A stretch of DNA of 64,000 nucleotides, from assembly GCF_018977255.1 (NCBI RefSeq), contig NW_024704743.1, positions 40,426,001 to 40,490,000 on the forward strand, in the 5' to 3' direction. This document shows, in pieces, positions 52,385 to 64,000 of the stretch; position 1 is the first letter of the stretch; every line of letters begins with the position of its first letter. Under the pieces are notes generated by a model. That model was not told the DNA's origin. It searched no databases and saw only the letters and a list, made by a program, of their open reading frames with translations. The position numbers and the translations under genes were made by a program. The stretch comes from Callorhinchus milii. Taxonomy: Eukaryota.

Positions 52385-53105
52385 TTACTTGGAGTCCAAG
52401 CTTGTGAACACGTGTTCATATTATCCAGGGCCTGGAAATCCCCACAACTCATATACTGAGAGGTAGGCAGCTGCTGCTCAAACTTCGCACCTCAAAGTGA
52501 TGCAACCATTGCTCAGTGGATGGGGGCGTGCGGATGGGGGCATGTGGATGGAGGGAAGCAAAATGGTGATTATGCTTGCCAACAAAATTAATCCAATCCT
52601 TTCTGGTGGTTTTGGTAGTCTTGTTTCTGAGCCAGGGATGTCCCCAGTAATTAGGATACTGATGCTGACAGACCAGCCATGCAGGCTCATCAGTAGGAGT
52701 TGGAGTGGTAGAGTAGTTACTGAGGGCAAGGATTTTTCCTACTCAGCTGTCGTCAACTATGGAAGGCAAAGTACTAACAGATAGGGTGGTCTTAGTTGAA
52801 TAAGCAGTAAGAAGCTTACCGGACACATCTTTCACTTGGCAAGCTATGTAGTTTTAGTTAATTAAGCTCGAGCAGTACCCCAATCAACACAGTGTTGTCC
52901 CTAGATCTTGGCTATTTCCAACATGCACTCAATACACTCTCAAATTAGATAAGCAAGTTGCATCCCTCCAGAGAGAGAATGTGCACTGCAATCTAGACAT
53001 GGGAATTTCCATGTATAGGTGGCATACATATATCAAACTATCAGTCTGATTTGGATAGACAGTCTTAAGCACAGTGATGTGCTTCTGTATGTGTCAGATT
53101 AAATA
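52385..53105 (+). repeat. Family X, diverged copy, possibly the most 5'-extended
   Basis: GATAGGGTGGTC, GCATCCCTCCAGAGAGAGAATGTGCA and TCTTAAGCACAGTGATG...GTGTCAGA match family X. ~52395-52440 resembles ~62215-62260. Confidence 0.7.
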
Positions 53106-53506
53106 AATGTCTTCAGCATTAACCTACATTTATCAGCTATGTATTTACTTTACTAAGTTGTTCATTGTACTTCTTTATTTCTTCTTTAACTTCTTTATCT
53201 TCTTCATTTGCAGAATTTTCTTTGAAATTTCCAATTCCCTTGAATTGATTTATAATTGTATGAGACCCTTTTTAAAGCAAGAATATAACATATGCTATCC
53301 TCCAATTCTGTAGTATCATTTCCATTTCCAATTTTTTTTGTGTGGGCGGGTGGGAGGATTTTGCAGCCAATGTGCATTTCTTCCCCAATCTTCTTCAACA
53401 TTCTATGATATATACCTGATGCACTTTTTATTTTTGTTGTTTTGACTCTAAAAAAAATATTTTTAATATTCAATTCCACCAGATGCTCTTTCACAACCCC
53501 ATATCA

Positions 53507-55705
53507 TACAACAACAACAAAATTACATTAATAGAGCGCCTTTCAGATCGGGAGGACGTCCCAAAGCGCTGAATAGTCAGGTGTTGGGGCCCGAGCATGG
53601 GGGAGGGGTGGTGTAGGAGTGAGGGAAGGCAGAGAGGTAGGAGGGAGACCAAAGGCACGATTGAAGAGAAGGGTTTTGAGACCGGCCTTGAAGGAGGCAA
53701 AGGAGGAAGTGAGGTGAAGGGACCATGGGATGGTGTTCCAGAGTGTGGGGGCAGAGAGGTTGAAAGCCTGGCCACCGATGGTAGGGCGGGTCGGGCGGGA
53801 GACATCGAGCAGACCGGAGACCGCTGAACGGAAGAAGCGAGCATGTTGGTAGGGAGTCAGCAGGTCAGAGAGGTAGGAGGGGGCAAGGCCATGGATGGCC
53901 TTGAAAGTGAGGACGAGGATCTTGAACTCGATCCTCTGAGGAATGGGGAGCCAGTGGAGTCGGGCGAGGGTGGGAGTGATGGTATCATGGAACCTGGTGT
54001 GTGAGAGTACACGAGCTGCAGAGTTTTGGATGATCTGCAGCTTGTGAAGGGAAGAGTTGGGAAGGCCGATGAGGAAGGAGTTTCCGTAATCGAGCCTTTA
54101 TGTGACAAATGCGTGAGTGAGGGTTTCGGCAGCCTGAGGGGTGAGGCAGTGGCGGAGTCTGGCAATGTTGCAGAGGTGGTGGTAGGCAGTGCCGGTCATG
54201 GTGCGGATGTGACCGGGGGAGAAAGGACAGTTCAGGATCAAACAAGATACCCAGGTTAGTGAGGTTGAGTGTCCAGCCATGGAGGCTGATGCTGCCAGCG
54301 CCCGAGGTGTGGAGGCGCTGGCTCGTGCCAATCAGGAGGGCCTCGGTTTTGCTGACGTTGAGTTGGAGAAAGTTGTCCCTTGTCCAGGACTTGATGTCGG
54401 ACAGGCAGTTGGGCAGGACACCAGTAGTCCTGGAGTTCAGGGTGGAGGCAGAGAGGTAGAGTTGGGTGTCATCCGCATACATGTGGAAATTTACCCCATA
54501 TCTGCGGATGATGTCACCATGTAGAGGGTGAAGAGGAGGGGACCGAGGACAGAGCCCTGAGGAACACCGCAAGAGACAGTGGGGTGCTGGAGAAGAAGTC
54601 GTTTGCTGCAATGAAGTGGAGGCAGTGTGAAAGGTAGGACATGAACCAGTCAAGGATAGAGTGGTCCACGGTGTCAGGGGGAGCAGAGAGATCGAGGAGG
54701 ATGACGAGGCAGAGGGAGCCCTGGTCACACATGGTCAGAATGTCATTTGAGAACTTGACCAGAGCAGCACGGAAACCCGATTGGAGGGGTTCATGGAGGG
54801 AGATGGAGGAGAGGAAAGAGTGAACTTGGGAGGCAACGGCTCTCTCAAGGACATTGGATAGAAAAGGAAGGTTTGAGATGGCCCAGCAGCTAGATAGCTG
54901 TGATGGGTCAAGGGAAGGTTTCTTCAAGGTGGGGGTGATTATGGCTGTTTTGAGGGGGGAAGGAACAATGCCAGATGACAGGGAGAAGTTTATGATGTCG
55001 GCAAGTCATGGGGCAAGGAGGTGGAGCTGGGATTTAAGAAGAGGGCAAGGAATGGGGTCCAGGGAGCAGGTGGAGGCATTCATGGAGGATATGGTTGTGA
55101 AGACAGAGGAGGGGTTGACAGGTTCAAAGGTGTGGAAGGAGGGATGGATAATTGTCGGAGTGTGGGGGTGGGGGGGGTGAGGTAGGGAGGGTTTGGAAGT
55201 TGGGGGGGCAGTGGCAGCTGAGCGAATTCCCTCTATTTTGGATTTGAGGAAGTTCAACATTTTCTCACAGTGAGAATCAGAGAAAAGAATCTGCGAGGCG
55301 TGGCAGGGAGGGCGGAGGAGCCAGTTGGTGGTGGAGAACAGGAGCCTGTGGTTGTCCTACGCCTCCAGGATTAACCTGTAGTAGAAGGACGATTTGGCCG
55401 AGGCGAGAGCGGAGTGGTAGGTCTTGATAAGATTCAGCCAGATGTGCCGGTGGACTGTTAGGCTGGATTTGAGCCAAGTGTGTTCGGCAGCCCGCACCTG
55501 GCTCTTAAGCGAGCGGAGGTGGCTGGTAAACCAGGGTGAGGATCGGGAATAGGAAGCAGTTCCGGAGGTGAGGGGGACAAGTGCGTCGAGTGTGGTGGAG
55601 AGCGTGCTGTGGAGAATAGTAAGCGCTGCAAGTGGGTTGGTGCGAGAGGTGGGCCAGTGGGGGAGGAGTTCAGAGGACTCCAGGGCAGCGGAGAGGGACT
55701 ACAGA
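53507..55705 (-). mobile_element. L2-clade LINE, 5'-truncated ORF2 pseudo-CDS (RT) with intact 3' tail
   Basis: Peptides MNASTCSLDPIP, ISNLPFLSNVLERAV, LQSGFR...LLDLSAPPDTVDH, FHMYADDTQLYLS and FLQLNVSKTEALLIG, with frameshifts and deletions. (AAC)n tail at 53507-53520. Confidence 0.97.
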
Positions 55706-57607
55706 GAAAACTTCTTCCGCGGGCTTCTTCTATATCATAGTCCCATATTTACCTTCCTCTGTAAAAACCGAAGCAAAGTACTTAAATGTAGCCACCATTC
55801 CTTCATTGTCAGCTACAAGAGTGCCCTCTTGTGTTAGTCTTGACAGTAAATGTCCATATGCTACTAGATTACAGAGGCATTAAAGGTGAGCCCAATCCTT
55901 CCAACATGGACTTGAGCAGGAGCTCTTGCATAGATGGGAAGTAGGAACACCAAATGATTTTATCCTTCCTAAACTTGTGGGTTGAGACCAAATGTAGCAT
56001 TCTCTAACTTTCATAGCTGAGGACCCACTTACTTACCACAATTGGGACATTTGTGACTTATCTGCTCAATTGATAAACGAATGAGCCATTGGAAGAGCCT
56101 AATAAATTAATTATGAAAGAGAAAAGAACTTTCTGGAGAGTTTACCTTTCTGTTTGCTTAATGAATGTTGGATTCCATATCTACACAAAACAATGAGAGA
56201 GTTTATGCACATGGGTAGAAGTCAGATAAGGATTCTGAGCTCCCTTTAAAGTGAACAGATCCTGATAACATGGCCCATGCTCAGACGTGAAGAATATCCC
56301 TTCTGTAAGAGACAAGATAACTTTCAGAAGCTGTAAACTATCCCTTAGTTGGGCTTGTAGTATTCATTGTATTAAGAATGTGGCACCACTGAAACACCAC
56401 TGAAAAAGCCTGTGATAGTATTTATCTTCACATTAGGCATCTAGTCTATTCCCTTTCTGTTTACCCACCCCCCGCCACCCTTTCTTATTCCTCTTTTTGA
56501 AGCATCTATCTACATAATTCCCATTGGATAATTTACAGTCTCTGCTTTAGCTATGCTCTGTAACTAATGTCACAACACAGCCATCCTCTGCTTTGAGGCG
56601 AGAAGGAAGGGGGAGAAAATCAGGCAGAGATGAAAGCTTCTTCTTTTTAGTTCTGACATGTTGTATTTAGAAATTATGGGATTGAAAGAGTCATGATTGA
56701 GATCATATTAGAGTTATAACTACCCTTAATTGAAAGCCTTGGTGCCTCTTTTCAACAAAGTCAAGGTAAAAAGATGTGAGGGATGCCATGATCGAGCAGG
56801 ATTCAGTTCACAATGGCAGCTTGATATGAATCAGCAATGCAATTGACTGGCTTTGCAGCTGTCCACATAATTTCTTTCACATGTTATGAAAAGGAATGAC
56901 TTCTCCCCTCTATGAAATGACTTGTTCTTTGCCCTCCTCCTTACCATTTTCACAATGTAATACTATATAGTAATCTTTGCATTTGATATAGCGTCTTATC
57001 ACCTTCAGGATTTTTATTTAAATTATCATAGGTAGAAATTGCTCTTAACGTGTACTTCAACTGCAGGTTTGGGACTGATCACCTGAATATCAGGGAAATG
57101 GTTTAACCAAGAGATACTAATGATTCAGTGTCAGGCAGGATATATATTAAGATAGTCTAGACGAGAGGCTGCTTTTGCTCCTTTTCTCAGAAACAGCATT
57201 TCAGTACTGCTTAACCACAAACTGGCTTAATTTTACTTTTTAAGAGTGTTTTATAATGTCAAACCACCTGCAAGCATTTTACAATGATTCATTTCCAAGT
57301 ATACATGGATACTTCATTTTCAAGTTTCTAAGAAATGAAATTAGCCTCATTTCAGTAGGCTAATGCAGCAGTCATGTTATGCACATCAAACGGCTATGAA
57401 TGAATGACAACTTTATGCGAACATTTGTTGGCTACGATATTGGGAGAAACTTTCTTCTCTTTCGAATGATGTCATGGGATCTTAAATATCACCTGATTTC
57501 ATCTTAACTGAAGGATGGCAACGCCAACAAATCAGTCAGAGCTCCTCCAGTACTGCATTGGAGTGTTAGCTTATAATAATAATAATAATACTTGCATTTT
57601 ATATTGT

Positions 57608-57930
57608 GGAGTCCTGTAGCTCAGTGGGTAGAGCACTCGCTTTGCAAGCGAGAGACCTGAGTTCAATTCCAGGCAGAGGGCGAAACCTTGGGCAAGTTTC
57701 CTTACTCCACACAGAGCCTAATAATAATCCCTCCAAAACCAAAAACAATAATAAATTGGTCATTTTCAATCTACGACTGTTTGTGGGACATTGCTGTGCG
57801 CAATTGGCTGCCGCGTTCGCCCACAAATATACAGTCAATTCACTTTACAGTGTGTTCTGTGAAGCGCTTTGGGACGTCCTCCCGACGTGAAAAGCGCTAT
57901 ATCAAATGCAAGGATTATTATTATTATTAT
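57608..57930 (+). mobile_element. Young short tRNA-Ala-headed SINE, full length
   Basis: A/B boxes, anticodon arm CTCGC-TTTGCAA-GCGAG, Deu-type 3' body, L2-like stem-loop and (ATT)n. TATATTG flanks both sides (57600-57606, 57931-57937). Confidence 0.96.
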
Positions 57931-58019
57931 TATATTGAACCTTTCACATTGGTAATATATCTCAAAGCACTTCAAAAGGTATACAGTAAACTTGTAAAGA
58001 AATGTAATTAATTGTTTTC

Positions 58020-58320
58020 TTGGCAATGTCCATCCTCTGGATGAGACATTAAACTGAGACCTTGTTATCTGTCCAGGTGAACGTTAAAGATCCCATGTCA
58101 CTAGTTGAAAAAGGAAGGGAGTTTCTCCCAATGCCCTGGCCAACAAAAGTGGTCATTCACTTCATGGCTATTTCTATGTCATTGCTGTGAGCAAATTAGC
58201 TGCCGAGTTTGCCCACAAAACACACACTCACACCACTTTACAGGATGTCCTGTGAAACACTTTGGGAGGTCTTCCTGATGTGAAAGACGGTCTCTATAAC
58301 AAATGTAAGGATTATTATCT
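58020..58320 (+). mobile_element. Old DeuSINE core and tail (an opposite-strand piece lies at ~57330-57570)
   Basis: CCATCCTCTGGATGAGACATTAAACTGAG...GTTAAAGATCCCATGTCACT. Confidence 0.8.
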
Positions 58321-59411
58321 TGTGAGTTTTTATGTTGTAGGTGAACACTTGAGGTGGGTGGACTATGATCTTCAAATGCTGAGATGGACTTACAACTTTT
58401 CCGACCTGAAGCAAGAAAGCTAACAACTGATTAAAGCAAACAGCTGTTATGAACCTTTTTTTTTACACTGCCATATGCTTATGTCTCTTCAATCTACTGT
58501 TAGTGTCTACCCTAGGCTGGTGTGAAATTAACACATCTGTATTCAATTCAATGCCTATGGAATTTAAAAATGAAAAAAGCTTAGTGAGTTTTCTAGGCAA
58601 TTTCAGTGTCAAATTAATTGGTTTCACATCCTCACTATTAATTTTAACATCTGTTTGAAATAACAGGATAGAATGCCAAATGTTCAAATGACAATTTATG
58701 GCAACAAAATAAAAAAATTCTGCAAATTTTAACAGAACTGAATAATGCCGTTAATGCTAATCATAAGTGAAATGTCATCCGATGGAGCCCTGAAGGAATT
58801 AAGTGGCAGGAACCAAGCTTATTCTTTCTTCACATCTTTGACCTAATATATTTGTTCCTACATGTAGAAGTTGCACTTACTTTGATTACATATACCTTTC
58901 ATATTGGACGTATGTCTCAAAACACTGAAAAAATGAGGTTCTCTGAAAAGCATAAGAGGTTTTTATAAATGTTTTGAGTGTGGAAGAGAAAGAAGATCAA
59001 AGAAAGGAATTTTATAAAAATAGTATGAGGCAGCAATAGCATGCATGGTGGTTAAAGGCTCTGCCATAGTGGGGTGAGGAACAAGCATTAGACCAGAGAT
59101 TTATTTCTTTAGACGTTCAATGATAAGTAAAAATAATATAAGGATCGTAAAATGCTGTGGTGGTGGGAATTCATAAACTCTGGTGGGTAAGATGCAAGGG
59201 AAGAATGGTTTTGTGAAGCATGGTGCAGAAAAATATAATGCTGCAGTTTTATATTTGTTGGAGCTAACCAAAGGACAAAACAGTGCTCCAATAATACAGA
59301 GCTCTGCATTGGTGTTTCAACTTGAATTACGTGTTCAAAGTCCTAACAAGTAGCTGGAACCCACACCTTCTGACTCAGAGGGAGAGTGCTGCCAATTACT
59401 TCAAAATAGTT

Positions 59412-59510
59412 GTTTTTTTGGTCAGTAGGGTGTCTGACACATGTGGATGAGAATCCAAACCAGGCAGAAGTCAACATATGTAATCCACCTACACATGGAA
59501 ATTTTCCTGA
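59412..59510 (-). repeat. Family X, short 3'-terminal copy (a similar one lies at ~49945-50020)
   Basis: TTTTTTTGGTCAGTAGGGTGTCTGACACATG is the reverse 3' terminus with A-tail. Confidence 0.75.
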
Positions 59511-60194
59511 TGTTTATAGAACTCAATGAGAGATAAGCACTGTACTTACAATTCATATTATTTATTTGTGTTCCCTTCAGATCAGTGCAGCTTGTATGTT
59601 GAGTAATACCCACAAAACAGTACATTAACTGTCTGAAATTTAATAACACCAAACTGGAATCTGCTTTTATCACAAGAATGGCCATCATTGCACCCGAGGT
59701 CATACATTTTACTGCAGAGTAAACTTATATCTATGTTGTTTGCAGCTTTCATGAACAATTATACAATAAACTGTTGCCAGAGTATTTCATGGCAATAAAC
59801 CAATAATTTCTGTCTCAATATAGTTTACAGCAATTCTCTGAAAATCACTAACTATATAGTGTGGACAATATCAGTCAACAATGTGAAATAAAAAACATTA
59901 ATATGTTGTATTCACAACAATTTTTTTGGTGGGGGCTCAATTTTTTCTGTAAGGAAATGAAAAAATCAGGGGGAAATATACTTTTTAAAAAGAACATTTA
60001 TTTTAAAACATACGCTTTCTGAACCCTATCTTGCTGTAATTCTGGTTCCAGGAATGTGTGTGCAATGTGATGTACACTCAGGTAATCCTGTTCCAGTATT
60101 ATGTGCACATTCCCATAACCTTATATCGCATTCCATGTATATTCCTGGAATTGATACTGCAGAGAGGCCAGTTTCAAAAAAAAATAAGCCTCCA

Positions 60195-60480
60195 TAATAA
60201 TAATCTTTGCATTTGGTATAGCACCTTATCACTTCTTCAAGACATCTCAAAGTGCTTCACAGGATTTTACTGTGAAATGTAATGACTTTTAGTTTGAAGG
60301 CAAATGCAGCAGTCAATCATGCACAGCCATATCTCACACACACTATGAAGTGAATCACTAATTTTATCTGGGGGATTGTTGACCAGGACACAAGGAGAAT
60401 CTCCCATCTCATTTCCAGTAGTGGCATAGGATCTTTAATGTCAGAGAGAACAGAAGAGTCAGACAGGACCTCAATTAAAC
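60195..60480 (-). mobile_element. Old DeuSINE 3' half
   Basis: Reverse tail AATCTTTGCATTTGGTATAGCACC and Deu motif GTGGCATAGGATCTTTAATGTC. Confidence 0.7.
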
Positions 60481-61850
60481 ATGGATCACATGGATAGAAG
60501 ATGTTGTTAAAATAGGCCCATAAAACTTGATTTTAACACTAGGTTTAAAAGTGCCCTCCCCACTATACTTTGAGTAAATAGTTTTACCCAGCCCTGGCTG
60601 AAGATTCAGCACCTGTGTATTTTTTTATATATAAACTTGAGGTGAAGGGGTCGAGGAGGGAGGGAGGTGGTAGGATCACAATTATTCTTGGCTGTGGTCA
60701 CAGAAAGCTGAAACAGAAAAATACAGACTCTCTGCTGAAGTCCAAGTACAAGAAGTGAATGAGTTTGAAACTTATTTCTTCTACCCTGAATCTTTCCTGC
60801 AGGTGTTTGAGGCCATCACTCTCTCTGCAAAGTGTCAATGAAACTTTACCAAGATAGTTATACCACTGAATTCTGACCAAAAATACTACACTTTTGGTCA
60901 GAATTCTGTGAAGAAAGAGCAACAAAGTTGTGGGCTGAAATGATTGCTTATATTGGACTGTTGCATCACAAGTATCACAAGTCTCTGCCTTGAAGAGCAT
61001 GAATGGACATGTGCTTCAGTGTCAGGCAGCCTTGTGTGAACCTACTAAAATGGTACTATTATGAGTTGCACTAAAGATCAGGAACCTGCTGAAAGGTATG
61101 CATCAGCATGCAAGATTAAAAAACACATTTACAAAAGTGCTGTCTTAGCAGCCAGGCGTGAAAACATATTGCTCAGAGATGTGCTCAGCAACTTGATCAT
61201 GTCTGATGTCTCATGCAGCAGTAAAATACCTGCATCCCTTCTGGGATTTATGTACTCAGCAAGATGATGAATGTCAGTACCAGGCTTTAAAAACTTTCCA
61301 TCTTAGGTTCCTAATGTTAGCTTCATGAAACATTCAAACAAGGGCCATTTTTACCAGATATAGATTAAAACACTCTCCGATCTTCAAATGAACTAATGAT
61401 TTTGCTCCATTCTGGCTCCAAAGTTAACTCCAGTGTTATTCACCTGTCTGTACCACATGCTCTTCCTACTTTAGTTTACTACTCATTCCTCCCTTTCCCT
61501 GTCTCACCTTCGATGGCCAAGCCTTCATTTTCCACAATGAACTTGCAAAGTAGAAGTCAGACACCTAGTTCACCAAATAAAATGCTTAGTTCTTCTGACT
61601 GCATTGTTAGAGACTCCATAATAATGGTCATTGCATCTGATTCAATACTCATAATGCCTAAACAGTTCAGAGTGCTCAGTAAGAAATTGCTGATTAAGAA
61701 GAACCAGTTATAATGCCTTTTGTTATAATGGGGTTCACTTAAAGCATGATGGGGATGTGGAACCCAACATTTTCTTATCCATAAATCCCATTTCCTGATA
61801 TTGTGCATCTAAATCAGTTGTCACATATAGCTCTTCAAATGACATTATCT

Positions 61851-62169
61851 TAATAATAATAATAATCCTTGCATTTGATATAGCACTTTTCACGTCGGGA
61901 GGACGTCCCAAAGCGCTTCACAGAACACACTGTAAAGTGAATTGACTGTATTTTTGTGGGCGAACGCGGCAGCCAATTGCACACAGCAATGTCCCACAAA
62001 CAGTCGTAGATTGAAAATGACCAATTTTTATTATTGTTTTTGGTTTTGGAGGGATTATTATTAGGCGTGTGGAGTAAGGAAACTTGCCCAAGATTTCGCC
62101 CTGCCTGGAATTGAACTCAGGTCTCTCGCTTGCAAAGCGAGTGCTCTAACCACTGAGCTACAGGACTCC
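61851..62169 (-). mobile_element. Young short tRNA-Ala-headed SINE, full length
   Basis: Differs from 57608-57930 by about 5 substitutions and 3 small indels (counted by eye). Confidence 0.96.
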
Positions 62170-63434
62170 ACAAGGAGGGAGGGGAGGGGTCGATGGTTTC
62201 GGATTGTGACATAGTTTGAGTTTGTGAACACACATTCATAAATCCAGGGCTTGCAAACCACTTTGATTGGTATGCAGAGGTTCGCTGCTACTCTTGCTCC
62301 TCATGATATGTTGCCCCACACCACCCAGGTGAGAATGCACATTGCATTTCAGACATAAGGAAATTTCCGTGTGTCAGTGGCATACATACTCTTAAGCATG
62401 ACTGACCCCCCCAAAAATCTCTATACCCTGTACCACTTACAGTGTTATAGGAACTTTCCAAACATATTTATGATTAATGAAAATATTTATTTTAACTCTG
62501 ATGTTAAATCATTAATATATGGATTTAACAAGTTGAAGGTTAAATCCTTCCTGTGTGCATTCATTTCAAAAGAAAATTCCTTAGACCGCCTAGCATCACA
62601 TCCCTACATATCCTTACTGTAGCTTTAATCTCAACATGCATTGGCTACAGAATACAAATTAATTAATGACTAGTAGCCAACCCCATGTCTTGTTCCCCCT
62701 CTCCACCCCCCAAACCCCATATGCACATATGCATAGGATGCAACATTATTAATAAACTAATGAATCAGAAGTCAGCCTTATTTTAAGCCAGCTTCAAGTT
62801 GCTTCTTGACAGATAATTGTTGAAGTCCACAAGTGAACCAGCATTATAAACCAGAGCATTTTAAAGGGGTTCCATGATACACTTCTCCCTATCACTTGCT
62901 GTACTCACAGAATGGAAAACAGTTTTAACTTCTTCCTTTAGCTCAAACGTTCATGCAGAAAAAGTATCTGTTGAATACCCACGTCTTGACCTGGCTTGTT
63001 CTTGCCTTCAAATATTTACATTTTCTGGCTAATCCATTGCCTTAGCAAACATACAGCATGGAATTCAGACAAGATCTCAATTAAGCTTAAGGGCCTCTGA
63101 TTCCTGCTTCTGCTTTTTACTTTGGAAGACAGGAATAATTGTGTTCCCTCTCAAGCTGGCAGGGAAATGGTCAGTAAAATTAATCCAATCAAATAGATTT
63201 GCAAGGGCAAGGTTGCATTACTCAGGATGCATCTCACAAGTCTCAGCAAATAAGCTACAATCTCCTGGAGCTTTGTTTTATTTCACCAATTCCTGTATTT
63301 AGAGCTCTATAACCAATCAAGGCTCTGAAATTAATATTCTTCAGAACTTCTACCTTCCTTTGTTTAAAAACAAGATCCCTATTGAAACACAACCTGTCTC
63401 TAAATCCTCAGCTTTAACCTCTAACATTTAACTA

Positions 63435-63980
63435 AATAAGCCTTGCACTTGATATAACGCCTTTTGGGAGGATATGCTTTAAAGTGTAGTGATTGTGTAC
63501 ATGAAGACAAATGCAGCAGCCAATTTGCAAACAACAATGTCTCACAAATAGCCGTGAATTGATTGACCAATTTATCAGGGAGATTGTTGTTCAACTCCCT
63601 TCCCTTTTGAAATAATGTCATGGGATCTTCAAAGTCCGCTTGAACAGGATGATGGAACCTCAGCTTAACGTTTCATCCACAGGACACCACATCTCACAAA
63701 AAGCACATCCCAACCAACACTGTATTAGAGTATCAGCTTAGACTGTGTTCGATATTGCTTTAATGACTTAATTGGCAATTGGACATTGACAATGAGAAGC
63801 AAGCAAGTATAAAAGGATTCTGGGACAGTAACTGGGCAGATTGTGGAAGTGTAAGGTTTAAATAAAGGATCTAGTGAATCAAAACTGTTTTGGATTTACA
63901 AACTATATGATTTCCAATTCTAGATGCGAGCCTTGAAACCACAAACTTCTGACTCAGAGACGTGAGTGCTACCAACTGAT
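63435..63980 (-). mobile_element. Old DeuSINE, interrupted between core and head
   Basis: Reverse tail at 63435, Deu core CATGGGATCTTCAAAGTCC...CCTCAGCTTAACGTTTCATCC, and head CTTCTGACTCAGAGACGTGAGTGCTACCAACTGA at ~63945-63980. Confidence 0.78.
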
Positions 63981-64000
63981 AAATGTTCCTTTAAGCTCGC

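Noticed and set aside
52685..52695. CTGATGAG on the minus strand as a hammerhead ribozyme core
   Set aside because: No properly placed stem II plus GAAA, and the motif is not conserved in other family X copies (CCAATGAG, CTGACAAG, CCAATAAG).
53985..54728. 247-aa ORF with YADD as an active LINE or domesticated gene
   Set aside because: RT motifs are spread over several frames with deletions. No ORF1 or intact endonuclease is visible.
57608..57682. tRNA-Ala(TGC) genes here and at ~10950, ~15410, ~17120 and ~62095
   Set aside because: Each continues into a SINE body and (ATT)n tail, has an irregular T arm, and lacks an adjacent oligo-T terminator.
1..64000. CRISPR array, prokaryotic defence system or viral insert
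   Set aside because: No regularly spaced repeat-spacer units and no gene-dense segment. The recurring motifs are dispersed SINE/LINE tails.

Overview
This is repeat-rich, CpG-depleted vertebrate DNA, intronic or intergenic. The repeat content points to a cartilaginous fish, probably a holocephalan/chimaera; this is inferred from repeat families only. I recognise no intact host gene, RNA gene, operon or CRISPR array. Nearly all long ORFs in the track are frames of decayed non-LTR retroelements or low-complexity DNA. The window holds: (i) L2-clade LINE remnants, including two ~2 kb reverse-transcriptase-bearing copies; (ii) CR1-clade LINE 3' ends; (iii) a Tx1-like 3' end; (iv) three generations of L2-tailed tRNA-derived SINEs (an old SacSINE1/DeuSINE-like family, an intermediate long form, and a young short tRNA-Ala-headed form with target-site duplications); (v) hAT-like termini; (vi) about ten copies of a 600-700 bp non-coding, A-tailed retroposon ending in a stem-loop that I cannot assign ('family X'). 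The best leads are family X, the modular SINE evolution with a shared SINE/L2 3' stem-loop, the nested insertions that give a relative chronology, and several short segments with good splice signals that may belong to an unrecognised transcript. None is a demonstrated new biological system. Boundaries of old repeats are approximate.
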